64,000 bases of DNA, taken from positions 248,001-312,000 of the forward strand of contig JBEUKZ010000016.1 in assembly GCA_048128005.1 (NCBI GenBank), in the 5' to 3' direction. The position numbers and the translations under genes were made by a program. This document shows positions 58,201 to 64,000 of the stretch, in pieces (positions within the stretch are counted from its first letter, which is position 1; each line of letters starts with the position of its first letter). The notes beneath the pieces are model-generated. The model saw nothing but the letters and a program-made list of their open reading frames with translations. It had not been told where the DNA came from and searched no databases. The stretch is from Veleropilina oligotropha (lineage: Eukaryota).

Positions 58201-61200
58201 AACGTGTCAATATCCCTACGCTCCATAATGATGTTAGAACGTGTCAATATATCCCTACGCTCCATAATGATGTTAGAACGTGTCAATATCCCTACGCTCT
58301 ATAATGATGTTCGAACGTGTCAACAAAGGTAAAAGCAACGCTGTGCAGCTTGTTTCTTTATAAATTTGAGATATATGATAAATGGAATGTCACATTTGTG
58401 ATCATTTAATATCACATTTATGAAACTCGATGAAACCTCGGAAAATATGTAAATTAGTTAGCTCGTTTCATAAATGTGATATTAAATGGCCACTCATGTG
58501 AGATCCCCTCTATAGTACATATATGCTAATTGTCTACCGCATAACCAAACCAAATATTTGACGCCTTGTTCTTTATCATCTGGCATGACGTCGTTTAGAC
58601 AAATTGAACATTACAGACTTCGTACAATGAAAATACATGCTTTGGATGCAAAGTGCGATATATACATATTTCATATTTGATATAAAATGAAATGTGAAAT
58701 AGTCAATTGCCAATTACTAGTACCAGTGATGCATTATGTAGTGCATAAAACTGCCTATTTATTACAAGAATCGCCCTTAATTAATTTATGGTAATTCTGA
58801 TGATTTAGATTGTATTTTTCCACACAACGAAATATATGCATTGAATACATACACCACGCAATATATGCCTTGAATACATACACCACGCAATATATGCATT
58901 GAATACATACACAACGCAATATATGCATTGAATACATACACAACAAAATATATGCATTGAATAAATACACAACACAATATATGCATTGAATACATACACA
59001 ACGCAATATATGCATTGAATACATACACAACGAAATATATGCATTGAATACATACACAATGCAATATATGCATTGAATACATACACAACGCAATATATGC
59101 ATTTAATACATACACCACGCAATATATGCATTGAATACATACACAATGCAATATATGCATTGAATACATACACAACGAAATATATGCATTGAATACATAC
59201 ACAACGCAATATATGCATTGAATACATACACAACGAAATATATGCATTGAATACATACGCGAATTTGCTATATTGTGTGCAGCATGCATAAATTCGGAAT
59301 AAAACAAGATACATGGATGACATGAGAACGATTCCTGTTTACTCTGACTTAACTCTTGCAGTGTCAGCACAGGATGCATCCGACCACAAACCCATATATA
59401 GAAAGCCTATTGGGCATAATTATACCCCATATTCTAGTGTACAATGGTAGGATTTATAAAGTTATTTCAACAGTTGCAAAATTATGGAGCGACGTCATTA
59501 TGAATCGATAATGACGCACTCGATACTGTTTTGTGTGGTCGGGTACATTTTATTATCCATAATGTGCCAGAGCACAAAAGAGCTAACGTATCCTGTACGG
59601 AGGACGACGACTTCATCAGCGGATTCGCGATCCTGCAGTTATCATCATACTCACCAGTCAGCGGCAGATCGGTGCCCCCGGGATCCTGCGATCGGGCGCA
59701 GTTCGTGTTGATGCTGGTGTTCATGTTCTCCAGGTACGGTATCCAGATGCACGGGTTGATCGGAACGTGTGGCACAGGTTGCATGATGACGGAGCCAGGC
59801 TGCATGGGGATGGGTGGCGCCCCCTGGAGGATCGGTGGTGGCATCCCCGTCGTCATGGGCGACGCAGGACTCTGCCCGGTCGCCCCCGGTGATGCCTTCT
59901 GCAGCATGGGCGACACATCTGCACCAAGATAGAAACAATGAGACTTGAAGATTCAGCTACTATCGAGTTCAACTTGTATGGTAAAGTTTAATTCGTATGG
60001 TAAAGGCCACATACAGTTACAAGTACTCTATAACTGTTACAGTTTTCAAATGAGAGATTTCCCAATTATTAAAATCAGGCTAAAAATTTGTTGTTTGGTG
60101 TAATATAAGACTTTGTACAAAATAGATTCCATTATTTGAAGATTCATCAGAAAAGCAAATATTATTTTGAATTCAATGTGCACAAAAGATCACAACCTAT
60201 TCAGGATAAGGAATGCAAGATATCGTGTAGATTGAAACCCCACCTGCGGGTACAGGCATCGCTGGCTGCTCCAGGAGGTGTGGCTCGCACGGCGGAGGGC
60301 ACATATTCATCTTCCAACAATTCGGTCCGTTCATGGTCATGGGTCTGTTCATGGTGGTCTGCAAGAGAAGTAATGTCATAATAAGTTTCGAATTGGTAGA
60401 AATTGTACTGAATTGGGCACATTTATTTCAGCCAGGTGTCACTGCATGGTTACAGTCATCTTGGTTGGTTGGTAACTTTGTTTTACGATCACTTGTGGCA
60501 ATTTTTCTGCCTTAGCGCAGTCTGGACACCCGGTTAAAGGTCTCGCTTCGATCTGACCGATATATAGGACATATGTCTTCTTTTAGTTCAGCCATCTTGG
60601 ATTTACCAAAAAATTAGCTTTGGTTTAATTTGGATGCATGCTTAAAGTGGCTATTGCCCGTATATATGCGCTCTTTTCATGACTGTGTAGCATGACTGAT
60701 CACTAGTGATGTTCCGATTAATCGACTTCGTCGACGTCTAGTCGTTGAATTTAAAAGTCGACTAATCGACTACTATATTCTGTGATCGATCATGCTTCGA
60801 CTAATGATTCAATTATTTCATTTAATTAGTATATTATATTCACAATGACATGCAATCCTTTCGTTAGTTACTATACCTGAGTATACCTATACCATCCCTT
60901 TATTAGTTTAAGTTACGTAGTTAAGTTAGTGTTAGATTCATTCTATAAACCGTGTGACTGAAAATTGTTGCCTCCAGACACAGGGGCCCGTAACGTTGCA
61001 TGTCGTTCGTCTGTTTCCGTTTGACGATTGGCGCAGTTCATTGTTACTATATTATATAGTAACAATGAACTGCGCCAATCGTCAAACGGAAACAGACGAA
61101 CGATAAGCAACGTTACGGGCCCCTGTGCCTCCAGAGACTTGAAATTAAACGCAATCATTGATTGGAGCTAAATCAGCTAATATATTGACTAGACTCATGT

Positions 61201-63824
61201 CGACCAATCATATTGCGCGATACAAACTGATGCGACTGCTTTGGAAAAATGGCTGCCAAATGAGACAATGTCCAGACTTGATATAAAACGCAATCATTGG
61301 TTGGATCGAATAGACTCATATCGACCAATCATATTGCGCGATACAAACTGATGCGATCGCTTTGGAAAAATGGCTGACAATGAGAGCATGGAAGTTTCTG
61401 ACTTGTTCGACCATCCAGGGTCATCTCGGTCCATTAATATCTCAGTTTAATATCATTCATGGTCACTAATCATAATCGTCCGAGTCAGGTGGGCTTCGCT
61501 TGATAATTCTGGCTTTCCATCCTTTCCATATGGACATATCTAGCTAGACATATGATATCCTAATAAGGCATCAGATGACATATTTAATTATATATATAAT
61601 AAACCCCATATTTAAGAAAGAATCCAATTCAAGACATAAATGGTTTGGTATTTTTTTATTATTGCTTGTTTTCTTATGGCATCCAGCCATCCATATGATC
61701 GATCATTAATCGATCATCGGTCAGATGACTGAAGTGATGATCGATCATGAAATATGAAGTGATTCCCATCACTACTGATCACCCTCTATCGCATCGTTTG
61801 CACAGATTGATACAAATTTCACGAAGATATGATCGATATTTGATCAAATGATAGACTTTTATTGAAATTATTATTTTAACTGCGCAATATATATTATTGT
61901 TATAAGTAGAAAGCTATCAGACTTGACGAGCAGAAACCTAAGCAACTGTGCTCCAACTAGGTCAATTGGAAATATCACTCGATGCGAGGTAATTAAAAGC
62001 GGATCGCTTTTAATTATTTTTAAATTTTCAGTATCGATTAATTTAAACGGTAGCAAACTACTGACGAAAGTTGAGAGTTGAAAATTCCTAACTTTTTGTT
62101 ATAAACAAAGTGTAATGCGGTTAGCTTTTTTACCAAAGAAAAAAAAGAGCGCATTTACGCGCAATAGTCTATTTAACGTTCATATTATCGCAGAGAAAAG
62201 TTCAGTCACTCACGTAAACCGGTCATCACCAACCAGTTATGAACAACTGTGGCTGTTAACCCCACTGAAGATTCAGACCCATTCTCGTTAATCAGAGCAA
62301 TCCAGCAGGTGAATTCAGTCGCAAACGTTATTATCCACTCAGCGGTTCAAGGTGCAGAGCACTTGCTATCAAACAGCAAATGACTATGCTCCTACGACAT
62401 GTTACCAACCGGGTCGATCAACTGGGTGAACCGAGGTATAGAATTATATGTTAACTCTTTGCCCGATTAAAATCATCATGACTGGGGTAGAACCCATCAC
62501 CTGCATCCGAAGGCCAGCGTTGCATTACTATATTAAGCCACGGTGACCATTAATTACGAGACAGAAGAGTATAATTAATTAACCTTGATAAAAAAACTGC
62601 TGGCAGTAATAACATACCGTCAGCGGCGGAAAACCGTCATCCATGATATTAGCAGGGTTGGGCATAACCGGCAAGGAATTGCGAGGACTGAAAAAGACAA
62701 GGCTATAAATCAATATTCAAGTTTAATATGAGAAAATTCAGTTCCACAACAGGAATACTCTTATGGCATAATCAATATTTATTATCCTATAATTGTAATT
62801 CTCATTATTGTCAAGCTGTTCTTAGATCGGAGGTAATGAACAGAAAAATAAAACATTACATTGCACTGATGTTTATGACCCATTTATTTTAAATGAATTC
62901 AAAATTCGAGGACACGTCCATAATATTATGGAAAGGAAACCTGATCGCCCGGGTAAACCCACCCATCTCCGCTAGTTATGGACCCTTATAGCTCTCCTTT
63001 AAATGCCACAAAGTTTCCGAACCAAGGATTCGAACTGCTGTGAAGAAGTACATTCAGTATGAGGATGGCATCGCATCAAGTGGAGCCCATAAGCCAATGA
63101 CATTAAAAGCACACTACACAAGACCCTTCATTTAAATTGAACTAATAAAGATAAATTAATCAGGATACGTTATTTTATTGTTCATATGTACAGTATTACC
63201 AAGCTGAGGAACAGGAGTTTACGCAAGAGAAAATTATCAAGTGATATAGAAACATTAATTGCATAAAGTTAGTGACGGAATGTTGAGCGATAATTATTAA
63301 CCCTATCCAGCCACTCTGTCACTATATACATATTCATAATAAATTCAGACAAGAAAGGGTTAATGCACGCAACTGAAGCTTGTGTGCATGTGAATGAAGG
63401 AACAAGTTCAAGGTTGAAGTAGTAGACGATAAATTCCACATACCACAAATTTTCCATGCAAAGTAGTTCCAAGGTCACATACGATGTTAAAATATGAACA
63501 TCACATTGTTCAATATTAAAAATGCAGTCTTTCATGCCAGCTGAATAGCATGCATCAACAAGTACACAGATGAATTCGGTTAGTTTGAAATGGTAGTTAG
63601 TTGCTTTCGATTGGGTGCTCACTTAAATTCCAGATGACGATTTCAAAGACAACAAAATATGACCTTCATTATGATTACTGTTTGCATTTTGAGGACCGGA
63701 ACTCTGCTTTATAAATGAGCACCAATTTGCGATTTAGTTATGTTGTGCGATTGAAATCTTGGTAACACATAATGACCTGTAAATGTCGTTCATCCGACAT
63801 TGCTGAACGTACGAATTCCTCCAG
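55228..63824 (-). CDS. OTUD4: OTUD4/ALG13/ovarian tumor (otu) family protein, 3' part only; N-terminal OTU/Tudor exons would lie beyond the window
   Basis: Phase-consistent minus-strand exons 62687-62618, 60358-60244, 59918-59655, 57174-57134 and 56448-55228 (TAG), plus a tentative exon 63824-63777 with a weak donor. Splicing yields SQDPGGTDLPLTDVNTLRFYFNLGLEYH, the family motif recalled as SCDPSGSDLPQDTKVLQYYFNLGLQ in ALG13 and GEDLPKDKNILRFFFNLGVKAY in OTUD4, within a Pro-rich low-complexity tail. OTUD4 vs ALG13 orthology cannot be resolved from this part. Confidence 0.75.
58060..58320. repeat. Minisatellite, 37-bp unit x7
   Basis: caatatccctacgctccataatgatgttagaacgtgt repeated head-to-tail; the sixth copy has a 2-nt insertion. 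Confidence 0.95.
58384..58506. repeat. Imperfect long palindrome
   Basis: catttaatatcacattt(t)atgaaac / gtttcataaatgtgatattaaatg inverted arms. Confidence 0.65.
58824..59258. repeat. Minisatellite, 29-bp unit x15, inside a MITE
   Basis: acaacgcaatatatgcattgaatacatac tandem copies; explains the 29-aa-periodic spurious ORFs. Confidence 0.95.
60704..61774. mobile_element. Non-autonomous hAT-type element
   Basis: Termini tagtgatg / catcacta, 8-bp TSD ctgatcac (60696-60703 and 61775-61782), subterminal atcga/gtcgac repeats. Confidence 0.85.
60979..61127. mobile_element. 149-bp palindromic MITE (P-element-like termini) nested in the hAT element
   Basis: Near-perfect palindrome cacaggggcccgtaacgttgc...gcaacgttacgggcccctgtg; 8-bp TSD cctccaga (60971-60978 and 61128-61135). 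Confidence 0.85.
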
Positions 63825-64000
63825 CTGAAGGATAAAGGGAATGATACGCGAATCACGACAATTGTACTCTCTAGTCGTAGGAGGTAAGAATACTGCATAC
63901 ATTGCGCCTGCCACCACTACCGGTGGTTGACCACAGCAAAATTTGACCAACAAGTTGCACGGATCAAATTGTATTTATTTGCTCTCAATTTTCATAAGGA

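Noticed and set aside
58755..59379. Three overlapping Cys/Tyr-rich minus-strand ORFs (115-197 aa)
   Set aside because: Artefacts of the stop-free 29-bp minisatellite (29-aa periodicity in all three frames).
62214..62264. 51-nt AG/GT-bounded candidate exon of the OTUD4-like gene
   Set aside because: The required phase-0 reading gives an immediate stop (TGG GGT TAA) and it abuts a SINE remnant. A poison exon cannot be excluded without RNA data.

Overview
AT-rich animal genomic DNA with GT-AG introns; the repeat families look mollusc/lophotrochozoan-like (inference). There are four protein-coding genes. (1) CCDC158 on +, 19 exons in the window, 5' end upstream of the window, stop at 29170-29172. 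(2) An intronless ZWILCH on - (38048-39928). (3) EXOSC8/RRP43 on +, complete, 11 exons, 274 aa, head-to-head with ZWILCH across only 166 bp. (4) The 3' part of an OTUD4/ALG13/ovarian-tumor family gene on -, running off the right edge. Introns and spacers are full of non-autonomous mobile elements, many with termini and target-site duplications (TSDs) that can be read directly: Helentron-type elements with internal tandem arrays, a Helitron, hAT, PIF/Harbinger, P-like, Sola-like and 9-bp-TSD foldback elements, tRNA-derived SINEs, 5S rRNA-derived copies and a CR1 LINE tail. The most unusual items are a young 2.5-kb element with A1-gag-B1-A2-x-B2 split direct repeats (Ngaro/PAT-type tyrosine-recombinase retroelement, enzyme genes missing) whose B repeats carry a covarying stem-loop array, a class of long-hairpin elements with asymmetric inverted repeats that nest in one another, and two minisatellites that arose inside identifiable elements. 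No CRISPR array, intact tRNA/rRNA gene or prokaryotic feature was found. All homology calls are from memory of family sequences, not from database searches.
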